Source: Actinomycetota bacterium (lineage in GTDB: Bacteria; Actinomycetota; Actinomycetes; Mycobacteriales; JACQDL01). Taken from it: DNA of 64,000 nucleotides. Shown here piece by piece: positions 10,507 to 18,972 of this stretch. The stretch is from the NCBI GenBank assembly GCA_016201065.1, contig JACQDL010000027.1, positions 68,641 through 132,640 of the forward strand, in the 5' to 3' direction. The notes beneath the pieces are model-generated. The model was not told where the DNA came from. It made no database searches and saw only the letters and a list, made by a program, of their open reading frames with translations. Position 1 is the stretch's first letter. Each line of letters starts with the position of its first letter. Made by a program: the position numbers and the translations under genes.

Positions 10507-12343
10507 GCTGGCCTCCCTCCGCGGCAACTGCTGGAGGGTCCGATCGGGTGGAACGCAACCACAGCTCGAAGCCGAGCACGGTGTCGAACGCACCGAGCCG
10601 GATCGGCACCCCTGACGCGCCCTTGTGCAGCTCTGCGCGCACGGCGTCGGCGTCGATCAGCCCGAGCTCGGCCAGCCGCGCCGACCGCAGCACATCGTCG
10701 ATGGCGTCGACATTGTGGCGCAGTCCCCGGTAGGACAAGGCCGTGTAGTCGCCCTTGGTCCGTCGGTCAACAATGCTCGCGGGCACCAGTTCGTTGACGG
10801 CGTGCCACAACAGCGGCTTTGCCCGATCAGGCGACGTGCGTACCGATGCCGGGACAGACCAGCACGCCTTGACCACACCGTCGTCCAGATACGGCGACTG
10901 CAAGCTGACACCGCATTCCGCAGCCAGCGCGACGTCTGCACGCAGGCCCCGCGCGAAGGCGTTGAGCGACAGCCAGGCGGTCGAGTCCCCGATACCGAAC
11001 TGACCCGGCACGACAGGTGCGTCGTGCTCGGCGGCATGGCCTCGGAGGCGGTCGGCGGCGAGCTGCCGCGCGTCAGGGGTCGCCCACGCGCTGACGCCTC
11101 CCACATCGAGCCACGACACGAACCTCGCCCAGCCGGTGGGCGCTGGCCCACCGAGGACAAGCCGGTCGGCCGCTTTGGTCAGCGCGTCGCGGTACGGCGT
11201 CCTGCGGACCTCGGTAGCTGCCCGGATCAGCGCTTGCGGCGACTGGTGTCGCAGACGCGCCCAGCCGTTCGCGTGCCGCCACAGCGCCCCGACCGTTCGC
11301 GGCCTGGCCAGGTCGGCCAGATAGGAAGGCACGGCCAACAACACGCCGTCGCCCCCGTCCCCGCCGAAGTGGAGGTCCGAACCTCCCGCTGCGAGACGCC
11401 GACGCCACCACCGTACCCAGGCCGTGGCGACCAGGCAGTCAGCAGGCTCATCGACCTGGGGCACGTTCTCCAGTTCCGAGTACGGCAGAACGTCCTCGGG
11501 TATCTCCATCTGCTCATGGATCAGGCCAGGCACCACGGCTGCGACGTGAACGGCCACTGCCGCATCGTCTACGCCGTCCACGGTGAGCGTGACAGCTCGG
11601 ATTGGCCCGCGAGCGTCCAACGAGGCGAGTGCAGCCACGGCCGACGAGTCGAGGCCGCCACTGAGATCCGCGGTGGGCGACTCGACTGCTGTCACGCGGT
11701 ACCCGACCGCTTGCCGCAATGCGACCCGCAACGACTCGGCACCCTCGGCCAAGCCGGCCTGCGGCTTACCAAGGTCAAGCCAGCGGGCCGGAATCGCTTC
11801 GCCCGCACGCGTGATGCGCAGCAGCCAGCCAGGCCGCGCAGCATGGACACCTCGCCACGCCGAACCTGCCCACCACACATCGGCGGACGACGGCAGGAGC
11901 ATTCGAGCCGCCAACCATTTCCGGTCCACGGACCTGCCCACAAGATCTGCTAGTTGCCTGGAGCTCGAGCCGACCACGACTTCGCCGCCGAGGGCGGCGT
12001 AGAAGATCGGGCACTGACCAGCGAGGTCGCCAGCCACCAATACGTCATCTGATCGCACCGCGATCACCACACGGCTGCCGTCGATCGCTGTCAACGCCGC
12101 CGTGTCTCCACGGGCGAGGCGTTGGGCGACCTCGGGCAACTCGGCTTGAGGCGTTGTGCAGCAGCCGACGACGAGCAGTTGGCAACCGGGCACATCGGCC
12201 CGGCGAACGTGCTGCACAGGCCCAGACTGGCCGTGCCACAACCGGAATTCTCCGGCCGTGACAACGGGCCAGTCCGGTTTCACACCTAGCTCATGATCGT
12301 GTGGCGCTCTGCGGTCGACTCTCTTGGCCAACCACCATGTCAT
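10490..12343 (-). CDS. Lasso peptide cyclase C (asparagine synthetase-like)
   Basis: 617 aa. ATP-pyrophosphatase motif DLSGGLDSSAVAAL. Starts 9 nt after the precursor stop. Confidence 0.9.
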   Translation of the reverse strand: MTWWLAKRVDRRAPHDHELGVKPDWPVVTAGEFRLWHGQSGPVQHVRRADVPGCQLLVVGCCTTPQAELPEVAQRLARGDTAALTAIDGSRVVIAVRSDDVLVAGDLAGQCPIFYAALGGEVVVGSSSRQLADLVGRSVDRKWLAARMLLPSSADVWWAGSAWRGVHAARPGWLLRITRAGEAIPARWLDLGKPQAGLAEGAESLRVALRQAVGYRVTAVESPTADLSGGLDSSAVAALASLDARGPIRAVTLTVDGVDDAAVAVHVAAVVPGLIHEQMEIPEDVLPYSELENVPQVDEPADCLVATAWVRWWRRRLAAGGSDLHFGGDGGDGVLLAVPSYLADLARPRTVGALWRHANGWARLRHQSPQALIRAATEVRRTPYRDALTKAADRLVLGGPAPTGWARFVSWLDVGGVSAWATPDARQLAADRLRGHAAEHDAPVVPGQFGIGDSTAWLSLNAFARGLRADVALAAECGVSLQSPYLDDGVVKACWSVPASVRTSPDRAKPLLWHAVNELVPASIVDRRTKGDYTALSYRGLRHNVDAIDDVLRSARLAELGLIDADAVRAELHKGASGVPIRLGAFDTVLGFELWLRSTRSDPPAVAAEGGQRALPA

Positions 12344-12352
12344 GAGAAGTGA

Positions 12353-12499
12353 TCACCAGTACTTCGCGGTCTTCATGTCCGCCGTGTCATCAGCGGCCGT
12401 ACCGCGCGTCAGCGCAACGACGTCGCCCATCTCGTCAAGCCTCGGCGGCTCGTAGCGAACGGGAGACTCCAGAACCTCGGGCACTTCAGTTGCGGCCAT
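12353..12499 (-). CDS. Lasso peptide precursor (48 aa): leader MAATEVPEVLESPVRYEPPRLDEMGDVVALTR, core GTAADDTADMKTAKYW
   Basis: ATG at 12499 preceded by GGAAGGGG. The leader matches YxxPxLx3Gx5Tx exactly (Y-17, P-14, L-12, G-8, T-2). The core starts with Gly and has Asp at position 9. Confidence 0.8.
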   Translation of the reverse strand: MAATEVPEVLESPVRYEPPRLDEMGDVVALTRGTAADDTADMKTAKYW

Positions 12500-12750
12500 G
12501 TTGGCCCCTTCCTGCACGCCCACCCGTCGACCATCCTGCCGACCGGTGACGTCGAGCACAAGATCGGGCGCCAAGAGTAGCGGGAAGGGCAGGATGCGAC
12601 GCGAGGAACTGACGGGTTGTACGTCATCTGGGGGTGCGTGCAGGTGCCACAGCCGCGGATCTTGGAACTGGGTGTCGACACACAGATGATCAAGAATGGT
12701 GGCAGGTCAGTGGGGGCGGGGGTTCCGTTCGGGTGGGTAGCCTCCTGCAC

Positions 12751-13281
12751 ATGGAAGACGACCACGTCCTGACGATCCACCGGCAATGGCAGGCGCAACG
12801 TCCCGACCTCGACCCGTCGCCGATCCTGGTGATCGGCCGCCTGACCCGCACGGCGCGCATCATCGAGCAGGAGCTGGACCGCTGCTTCACCGAGCTGGGT
12901 CTTCAGTCATGGGAGTTCGACGTGCTGGCGGCGTTGCGTCGGGCCGGTGCGCCGTACGAGCTCACCCCTACCCGGCTCGGCCAGACCTGCATGATCAGTT
13001 CGAGTGCCATGACCAACCGGCTCAACCAGCTCGAACGGGTCGAGCTGGTGCGGCGGCGGCACGGCGGTGACGGTGACCGTCGCTCGGTCTACGTCGGTCT
13101 CACCGACCGCGGGCTGTCCCTGGTGGACCGGGCCGTCGCGGTCCACCTCACGAACGAGGAGGCGCTGCTGAGCCAGCTGTCCGCGGAGGAGCGGGCGGAC
13201 CTCGGTGCCCTGCTGAACAAGCTGGCCAGCTCGGCCCGGTTCAGCCGGTCGGGTGCAGACCGCACCGTCCACAGCGGATAG
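12751..13281 (+). CDS. MarR family transcriptional regulator
   Basis: ORF 12634..13281 trimmed to the ATG at 12751 (MEDDHVLTIHRQW...). Winged-helix region WEFDVLAALRRAG...LTPTRLGQTCMISSSAMTNRLNQLERVELVRR. Divergent from the lasso precursor. Confidence 0.85.
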   Translation: MEDDHVLTIHRQWQAQRPDLDPSPILVIGRLTRTARIIEQELDRCFTELGLQSWEFDVLAALRRAGAPYELTPTRLGQTCMISSSAMTNRLNQLERVELVRRRHGGDGDRRSVYVGLTDRGLSLVDRAVAVHLTNEEALLSQLSAEERADLGALLNKLASSARFSRSGADRTVHSG

Positions 13282-14211
13282 CGCGCCGGCACCACGACGG
13301 CGCAGGTTCTGGGTCATCAGGACGGCACCCACCACCACAACCGCGCCGACGCCCTGCCGCCGGGTCAGAGCCTGGTCGAGCACCGCGTAGCCCAGCACCG
13401 TCGCGACCAGTGGGCTGAGGAATCCCAGGAACGACGAGGTGACCGCGGGCAACCGCTGCAACCCGCGGACCCACAACGAGTAGCCCAGGATCGAACCGAC
13501 CAAGATCAGGTAGCCGTAGCCACCGAGGTTGCGCCAGCTCAGCCGGGTTGGCACTCCCTCGGCGAGGAGCAACGCGGGCAACAGCACCAGTCCCCCGGCG
13601 GTCAGCTGCCACCCGGCGAACGGCAGCAGCCCCACCCCAGGTGGCGGGCCCCAGCGCTTGGTCAACACGATGCCGATGGCCAACGAGGTCGCCGCCGCGA
13701 GTGCCGCGAGCACGCCGATCCCGTCGAGGGTCGCATCCGCCCGCACCACCAGGAGGCCGACACCGGTGAACCCGACCAGACCGGCCAGTCCCTCGCGCCG
13801 GCTCGCCCGCTCGCCCAGCACGACCACCGCGAAGCCCATGACGAGGATCGGCTGAATCGACACGATCAGTGCCGCCAGACCGCCCGGCAACCGGTAGGCC
13901 GCCACGAACAGCAGGAATGAGAAGGCACCGATGTTGACCACGCCCAGCACCAGCACCCGCCAGATCCAGACCCCGCGTGGGACCACCCGACCCAGGCCGA
14001 GCAGCAACAGTCCCGCCGGCAGGGCGCGGGCCGCCGCCGCGAGCATCGGCCGACCCGGCGGGAGGAGCTCGGTGGTGACCAGGTAGGTGCTCCCCCACAC
14101 TGCGGGCGCCACCGCAGCGAGCACGGTGTCCCTGAGCACGGTGTCCCTGAGCACGGTGTCCCTGAGCACGGTGTCCCTGAGCACGCTGTCCCTGAACGCG
14201 GTGTCCCTCAT
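12907..14211 (-). CDS. EamA/DMT family transporter; both boundaries uncertain
   Basis: Ten hydrophobic segments typical of DMT (AVWGSTYLVTTELLPPGRP..., two EamA halves). Candidate starts are GTG 14235, ATG 14211 and GTG 14124. The frame has no stop until 12907, giving a roughly 130-aa tail antisense to marR. Confidence 0.6.
   Translation of the reverse strand: MRDTAFRDSVLRDTVLRDTVLRDTVLRDTVLAAVAPAVWGSTYLVTTELLPPGRPMLAAAARALPAGLLLLGLGRVVPRGVWIWRVLVLGVVNIGAFSFLLFVAAYRLPGGLAALIVSIQPILVMGFAVVVLGERASRREGLAGLVGFTGVGLLVVRADATLDGIGVLAALAAATSLAIGIVLTKRWGPPPGVGLLPFAGWQLTAGGLVLLPALLLAEGVPTRLSWRNLGGYGYLILVGSILGYSLWVRGLQRLPAVTSSFLGFLSPLVATVLGYAVLDQALTRRQGVGAVVVVGAVLMTQNLRRRGAGALSAVDGAVCTRPAEPGRAGQLVQQGTEVRPLLRGQLAQQRLLVREVDRDGPVHQGQPAVGETDVDRATVTVTAVPPPHQLDPFELVEPVGHGTRTDHAGLAEPGRGELVRRTGPTQRRQHVELP
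14121..14210. repeat. 15-bp tandem repeat, 6 copies (4 perfect GCACGGTGTCCCTGA plus 2 degenerate)
   Basis: Read directly: 14121-35, 14136-50, 14151-65 and 14166-80 are identical; 14181-95 and 14196-210 are variants. It encodes (RDTVL)n in the EamA frame. Confidence 0.95.
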
Positions 14212-14327
14212 CGCGGATCGATCCGGCCATGACACACCACGGCGAAGGCCCCCATCGGCTCCGATCGCGATACGCGATCACGCCCCGCAATCTACCCACA
14301 TCGAATCAATCGACGTCAAGTATTTCG

Positions 14328-15269
14328 ATGTGGAACCACTTGCGGCGACGGTCCGCGCGACATGTGACGGCTGTCACTCGGCCGGCCGTACCAGCCCGAG
14401 GCGGGGCTCGGTCAGGACCCGGGTACGGTACGGCCGGCGGATCCAGGGACCCCGGGGAGCGAGCCATCAGCACCCACTCCGCAGCGGGCGAGCACCGGCT
14501 GACCCTCACCGGTGAACGGACGCTGCCCGGCATCGAGGTCGAGAACTACTGGTTCCGGCGGCACGAGGCCGCCTACCAGGCGCTGCTCCCGCGCTGCCGG
14601 GGGCAGCTGGTGCTGGAAGCCGGCTGCGGCGAGGGGTACGGCGCGGCAGCCCTCGCCACCGTCGCCCGGCGGGTGGTGGCGGTGGACTACGACGGGCAGA
14701 CCACCACCCACGTCGCCACGACGTACCCGCAGCTGCACACCGTCCGCGGGAACCTCGCCGCGTTGCCGTTCCACACCGGACAGTTCGACGTGGTGGCCAG
14801 CCTCCAGGTGCTCGAACACCTCTGGGACCAGGCGGGGTTCCTCCGCGAGTGTGGACGGGTGCTGCGCCCCGACGGGTCGCTGCTGCTCAGCACACCCAAC
14901 CGGCTCACCTTCTCGCCGGACCCGAATGCCCCACGCAACCCGTTCCACAGCCGCGAGCTCGACGCCGTCGAGCTCGATGAGCTGCTGACCGGCGCCGGCT
15001 TCCGGCTCACCGGTGGTGCCGGGGCGGGGCTGACCGGAGTGCACCACGGACCACGACTGGCGGCCATGGACGCCCGGCACGGCGGGTCGCTGGTCGCCGC
15101 GCAGCTCGCCCGGCCATGGCAGGAATGGTCGGCGGGGCTGCGCGCCGACGTCGCGGCCGTGCGGGCCGGCGACTTCGTGCTCACCGGGACCGAGCTCGAC
15201 GGCAGCCTCGACCTGGTCGCGGTCGCCCGGTGGCCCGACGACCGATCCCGCAGCCCGGCGGCGGGATGA
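14328..15269 (+). CDS. Class I SAM-dependent methyltransferase (Rv3030-like, MGLP-type locus)
   Basis: VLEAGCGEGYGAAAL SAM motif and FDVVASLQVLEHL. ATG at 14328 follows an AT-rich divergent intergenic stretch. The stop overlaps the next gene start (ATGA). Confidence 0.75.
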   Translation: MWNHLRRRSARHVTAVTRPAVPARGGARSGPGYGTAGGSRDPGERAISTHSAAGEHRLTLTGERTLPGIEVENYWFRRHEAAYQALLPRCRGQLVLEAGCGEGYGAAALATVARRVVAVDYDGQTTTHVATTYPQLHTVRGNLAALPFHTGQFDVVASLQVLEHLWDQAGFLRECGRVLRPDGSLLLSTPNRLTFSPDPNAPRNPFHSRELDAVELDELLTGAGFRLTGGAGAGLTGVHHGPRLAAMDARHGGSLVAAQLARPWQEWSAGLRADVAAVRAGDFVLTGTELDGSLDLVAVARWPDDRSRSPAAG

Positions 15270-16780
15270 GGATGACCCGCGACCGGCCGGCCGGCACGTT
15301 CTGCCTGGTGTTGCACACCCACCTGCCGTGGCTGGCGCACGGCGGCACCTGGCCGGTCGGCGAGGAATGGCTGCACCAGGCGTTCACCCAGTCCTGGCGG
15401 CGGGTGGTGGTCACCCTGGAGGCGCTCGCCGCCGAGGGGCGCCGGGAGCTGGTCACCCTCGGCGTGACCCCGGTCGCCGCGGCGATGCTGGACGACCCGT
15501 ACTGCCTGGCGGAGCTGCACACCTGGGCGGGGAACTGGCAGCTCCGGGCCGAGGGGCTGGCGGCCCGGCCCGAGCCGCACCTGCGGGACCTGGCGGCAGC
15601 CGAGTTCCGGGCCGCCACCGCCTGCCTGGCCGACCTGGAGTCCCGGTGGCTGACCGGGGGCGGATCAGCGGTGTTCCGCCGGCTCGTCGACGACGGTGTG
15701 GTCGAGCTGCTCGGCGGCCCCGCCACCCACCCGTTCCTGCCGCTGCTGGACGAGCGGGTGGCCCGGCTCCAGCTCGCCACCGGGCTGGACGACGCCCGGC
15801 TCCGGTTCGGCCGCGGCACGGCCGGCATCTGGGCGCCGGAGTGCGGCTACCGGCCCGGCCTGGAACGGCTGTACGCCGACCAGGGTGTGCGCTGGTTCTG
15901 CGTCGACGGTCCGGCGCTGCGCGGTGACACCGCCCAGGCCCGCACGGTCGGCGACACCGACGTGGTGTGCTTCGGGCGTGACCTGGAGGTCAGCTACCGG
16001 GTGTGGTCGCCCCGGGCCGGCTACCCGGGCCGGGGCGAGTACCGCGACTTCCACACCTTCGACCACCAGTCCGGTTTCCGGCCGTCCCGGGTCACCTCCC
16101 GGCGGTTGCCGCCGGAGGCGAAACGGCCGTGGGACCCGGATCTGGCGGCCGCGGCGGTGCGCCGGGACGCCGCCGACTTCGTGGCCGTGGTACGCCGCCA
16201 GCTGGACGCACTGGCCGGGCGGCTGGGTCGGCCCGGGCTGGTGGTGGCCGCCTACGACACCGAGCTGTTCGGTCACTGGTGGCACGAGGGACCGGCCTGG
16301 CTGGCCGCCGTGCTGCGCGCGCTGCCGGAGGCCGGCGTGCGGGTCACCACGCTGGCCGGCGCGGTGGCGGCCGGGCACGTCGGCGGGCCGGTCAGGCTGC
16401 CGGCCGGCTCGTGGGGCACCGGCAAGGACTGGCGGGTCTGGGACAACCCTGGGGTGGCGGAGCTGGTCGCCACCGCGGAGCGGGTGCACGCCCGCCTGAT
16501 CACGGTGGTCGACGCCCACCGACCCGGTCGTGGCCGGGACGGCACGCTCGACCAGCTCGCCCGGGAGGCGTTCCTCGCCACGGCCAGCGACTGGACGTTC
16601 ATGGTCAGCAAGGACACCGCGGCGCAGTACGCCCGCGACCGGGCGGATGGGCACGCCGCCCGCTTCCACCGGTTGGCCGACCTGATCACGGCGGAGGACC
16701 GGCCGGGCGCCTCGGCCCTCGCCGGCGAGCTGCGCCACCTCGACGGTCCGTTCGGCCACCTCGACGCGCGCCGCCTGTAG
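15266..16780 (+). CDS. Glycoside hydrolase family 57 alpha-glucan branching-type protein (Rv3031-like)
   Basis: ORF 15116..16780 trimmed to the ATG at 15266. FCLVLHTHLPWLAHGGTWPVGEEWLHQA and WAPECGYRPG are GH57 hallmarks. Confidence 0.85.
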   Translation: MRMTRDRPAGTFCLVLHTHLPWLAHGGTWPVGEEWLHQAFTQSWRRVVVTLEALAAEGRRELVTLGVTPVAAAMLDDPYCLAELHTWAGNWQLRAEGLAARPEPHLRDLAAAEFRAATACLADLESRWLTGGGSAVFRRLVDDGVVELLGGPATHPFLPLLDERVARLQLATGLDDARLRFGRGTAGIWAPECGYRPGLERLYADQGVRWFCVDGPALRGDTAQARTVGDTDVVCFGRDLEVSYRVWSPRAGYPGRGEYRDFHTFDHQSGFRPSRVTSRRLPPEAKRPWDPDLAAAAVRRDAADFVAVVRRQLDALAGRLGRPGLVVAAYDTELFGHWWHEGPAWLAAVLRALPEAGVRVTTLAGAVAAGHVGGPVRLPAGSWGTGKDWRVWDNPGVAELVATAERVHARLITVVDAHRPGRGRDGTLDQLAREAFLATASDWTFMVSKDTAAQYARDRADGHAARFHRLADLITAEDRPGASALAGELRHLDGPFGHLDARRL

Positions 16781-16800
16781 CCTCCGCCGCCTGTAGCCTC
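16769..16800. repeat. 16-bp tandem duplication (CGCCGCCTGTAGCCTC x2) spanning the GH57 stop codon
   Basis: Read directly. The first copy contains the functional TAG (16778-16780). The second copy repeats it out of use. Confidence 0.9.
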
Positions 16801-16948
16801 CGCCGGCTGGAGGTTCTTCGGGCTGCCCGCCCGGTGCGCGGATGCGACGGGACGGGGTGTCTGCGGCAAGGTTGACCACACCGGCACAATCGAGGGTGGC
16901 CCGTCGCACCGGAGCTCCGCTCCAGACCATGATCATGTGAGGTTGGAC

Positions 16949-17599
16949 ATGCGGCTCAGCACGTCCGATGTCCGGAACATCACGTTCCGCAAGCCACCGC
17001 TGGGCAAGCGCGGGTACGACGAAGAGGACGTGGACGCGTTCCTCCGGCTTGTGATGGCCGTGCTGGACAGCGCGCCAGGCGCCCGGCTCACCGCCGACGA
17101 CGTGCGGCAGGTCAAGTTCCGCAAGCCGCCGCTGGGCCGGCGCGGCTACGACGAGGACGAGGTGGACTCGTTCCTGGACCTCATCACCACGGAGCTGCGC
17201 CACCGGGCCACCGAGGTGGCCGTGCCCCGCCCCCGATCCGGGGACCGGTCGGCCCTGTCCGGCAGTGAGCTGGTCCGGACGATCTGGCGGCGGGCCCAGG
17301 AGCGGGACTGGGACGGTGTCGCGGTCCTGCTCAGCCCCGACTTCACCGTGGAGTGGCCCGGCACCCAGGAGCGGTTCACCGGTCGGGACGCCTGGCTCGC
17401 CGTCAACCGGGCGCACGCCGACGGCTGGCAGCTGACCGTCGACACGATCATCGGCACCGGTGACGAGGTCGCCTCCCGGGTGCTGGTCATGTCGGACCAG
17501 GGTGCCTGGCACACCCTCTCGTTCTGGCGGCTGCGCGGCGGCGTCGCCACCTACCTCAGCGAGTACTACGTCGCGGAGTGGGGAGTCCAGCCCCGGTAG
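16949..17599 (+). CDS. DivIVA-motif (x2) protein fused to an NTF2/SnoaL-like C-terminal domain
   Basis: Two copies of the DivIVA N-terminal motif: [29 protein letters not shown] and [29 protein letters not shown]. The C-terminus ([26 protein letters not shown]...) is SnoaL-like. Confidence 0.7.
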   Translation: MRLSTSDVRNITFRKPPLGKRGYDEEDVDAFLRLVMAVLDSAPGARLTADDVRQVKFRKPPLGRRGYDEDEVDSFLDLITTELRHRATEVAVPRPRSGDRSALSGSELVRTIWRRAQERDWDGVAVLLSPDFTVEWPGTQERFTGRDAWLAVNRAHADGWQLTVDTIIGTGDEVASRVLVMSDQGAWHTLSFWRLRGGVATYLSEYYVAEWGVQPR

Positions 17600-17652
17600 C
17601 TGTGGGCGCCGGGCTCCGCCGACGGTGACCGGCTCTGGCAGCATGGTGCGCC

Positions 17653-18915
17653 GTGCGGGTGATGATGCTGTCGTGGGAGTACCCACCGGTCCTGGTGGGC
17701 GGGCTTGGTCGGCACGTGCACGCGCTGGCCGAGGCACTGGCACGCGCCGGCCACGAGGTCACGGTGATCACGCGGTACGCCGACGGCGCGGCCCAGGACG
17801 AGGTGGTGGCCGGTGTCCGGGTGATCCGGGTGCCGGAGGACCCGCCGACGTTCCCCTTCGGTACCGAGCTGCTGGCCTGGACCATGGCGTTCAACCACGC
17901 GCTGACCCGGGCCGCGCTGCGGGTCGCCGAGCAGTCACCGCCGGATGTGGTGCACGCCCACGACTGGCTGGTCACCCACGCGGCCACCACCCTCAAGCAC
18001 CACCTCCGGGTGCCGCTCGTGGCGACCGTGCACGCGACCGAGGCCGGCCGGCACCAGGGCTGGCTGCCCGAGCCGATGAACCGGACGATCCACTCGGTGG
18101 AATGGTGGCTGACCTACCAGGCGCGGCGGGTGATCGTGTGTTCGGAGTACATGCGCTGGGAGGTCACCCGGCTGTTCGACCTGCCGCCGGACTCCGTCGA
18201 CGTGATCCCGAACGGCGTGGCCCTGGGCCGCTGGGCGGGGCAGCAGGACCGGGTCGCCGAGGTCCGCTCCCGCTTCGCCGGCAGCGGGCCACTGATCGTC
18301 TTCGCCGGCCGGCTGGTCTACGAGAAGGGGGTGCACGATCTGCTGACAGCGATGCCCCGGCTACGTCGGCGACACCCCGGCATCCGGCTGGTGGTCGCTG
18401 GCGTGGGGCCGCGGGACGAGGAGTTGCGGGCCCAGGCGAGAGCCCTGCGGCTGGGCCGGTCGGTGCACTTCACGGGCTTCGTGGCCGAGGAGGAGCTGGC
18501 TGGGCTCGCTGCCGCGGCGGACTGCGCCGTCGTCCCGTCGATCTACGAACCCTTCGGCATGGTCGCCCTGGAGGCTGCGGCGGCCGGAACCCCGCTGGTC
18601 GTGGCCGACGTGGGTGGCCTCCGGGAGCTGGTGGATCACGGCATCACCGGGTTACGGTTCACCCCCTCTGACGTGGCCGGACTGGCGGCCGCCGTCGATG
18701 CGCTGCTGTCGGACGAGGTGCTGGCCCGGCGAATGTCCCGGGCGGCCCGGACCGAGGTCACCCACCGGTACGCGTGGCCCCGGATCGCGGAGCGGACCTG
18801 TGGCACCTTCGCCAGGGCGATCCGGGAGGAGCTCGCGCTGCTCGCCGAGCGGCCGGCGGTGCCACCGCTGGCCCCGGTGATGCGGGAGGGAAACCTGCTG
18901 GCGACCGGCGACTGA
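17653..18915 (+). CDS. GT4 family alpha-1,4-glucosyltransferase (Rv3032-like glycogen-synthase-type)
   Basis: MLSWEYPPVLVGGLGRHVHALAEALARAGHEVTVIT... and the C-terminal VPSIYEPFGMVALEAAAAGTPLV (EX7E region). Confidence 0.85.
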   Translation: MRVMMLSWEYPPVLVGGLGRHVHALAEALARAGHEVTVITRYADGAAQDEVVAGVRVIRVPEDPPTFPFGTELLAWTMAFNHALTRAALRVAEQSPPDVVHAHDWLVTHAATTLKHHLRVPLVATVHATEAGRHQGWLPEPMNRTIHSVEWWLTYQARRVIVCSEYMRWEVTRLFDLPPDSVDVIPNGVALGRWAGQQDRVAEVRSRFAGSGPLIVFAGRLVYEKGVHDLLTAMPRLRRRHPGIRLVVAGVGPRDEELRAQARALRLGRSVHFTGFVAEEELAGLAAAADCAVVPSIYEPFGMVALEAAAAGTPLVVADVGGLRELVDHGITGLRFTPSDVAGLAAAVDALLSDEVLARRMSRAARTEVTHRYAWPRIAERTCGTFARAIREELALLAERPAVPPLAPVMREGNLLATGD

Positions 18916-18972
18916 CCGGACGGCAGGGTCCCGCGGTCGCCGGATCCGGCCGGGCTGCGCGACACTGTTGCG

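Noticed and set aside
14121-14210. Possible CRISPR array (also considered for 16769..16800 and 21801..21842)
   Set aside because: The repeats are directly contiguous with no spacers, the units are only 14-16 bp, and no cas genes are present. They are simple tandem repeats.
13241-14299. 352-aa ORF with (GHRAQ)n repeats
   Set aside because: It is an alternative reading frame of the same 15-bp tandem repeat. The rest of the translation is Arg/Gly/Pro noise, whereas the overlapping frame gives a coherent 10-TM EamA protein.
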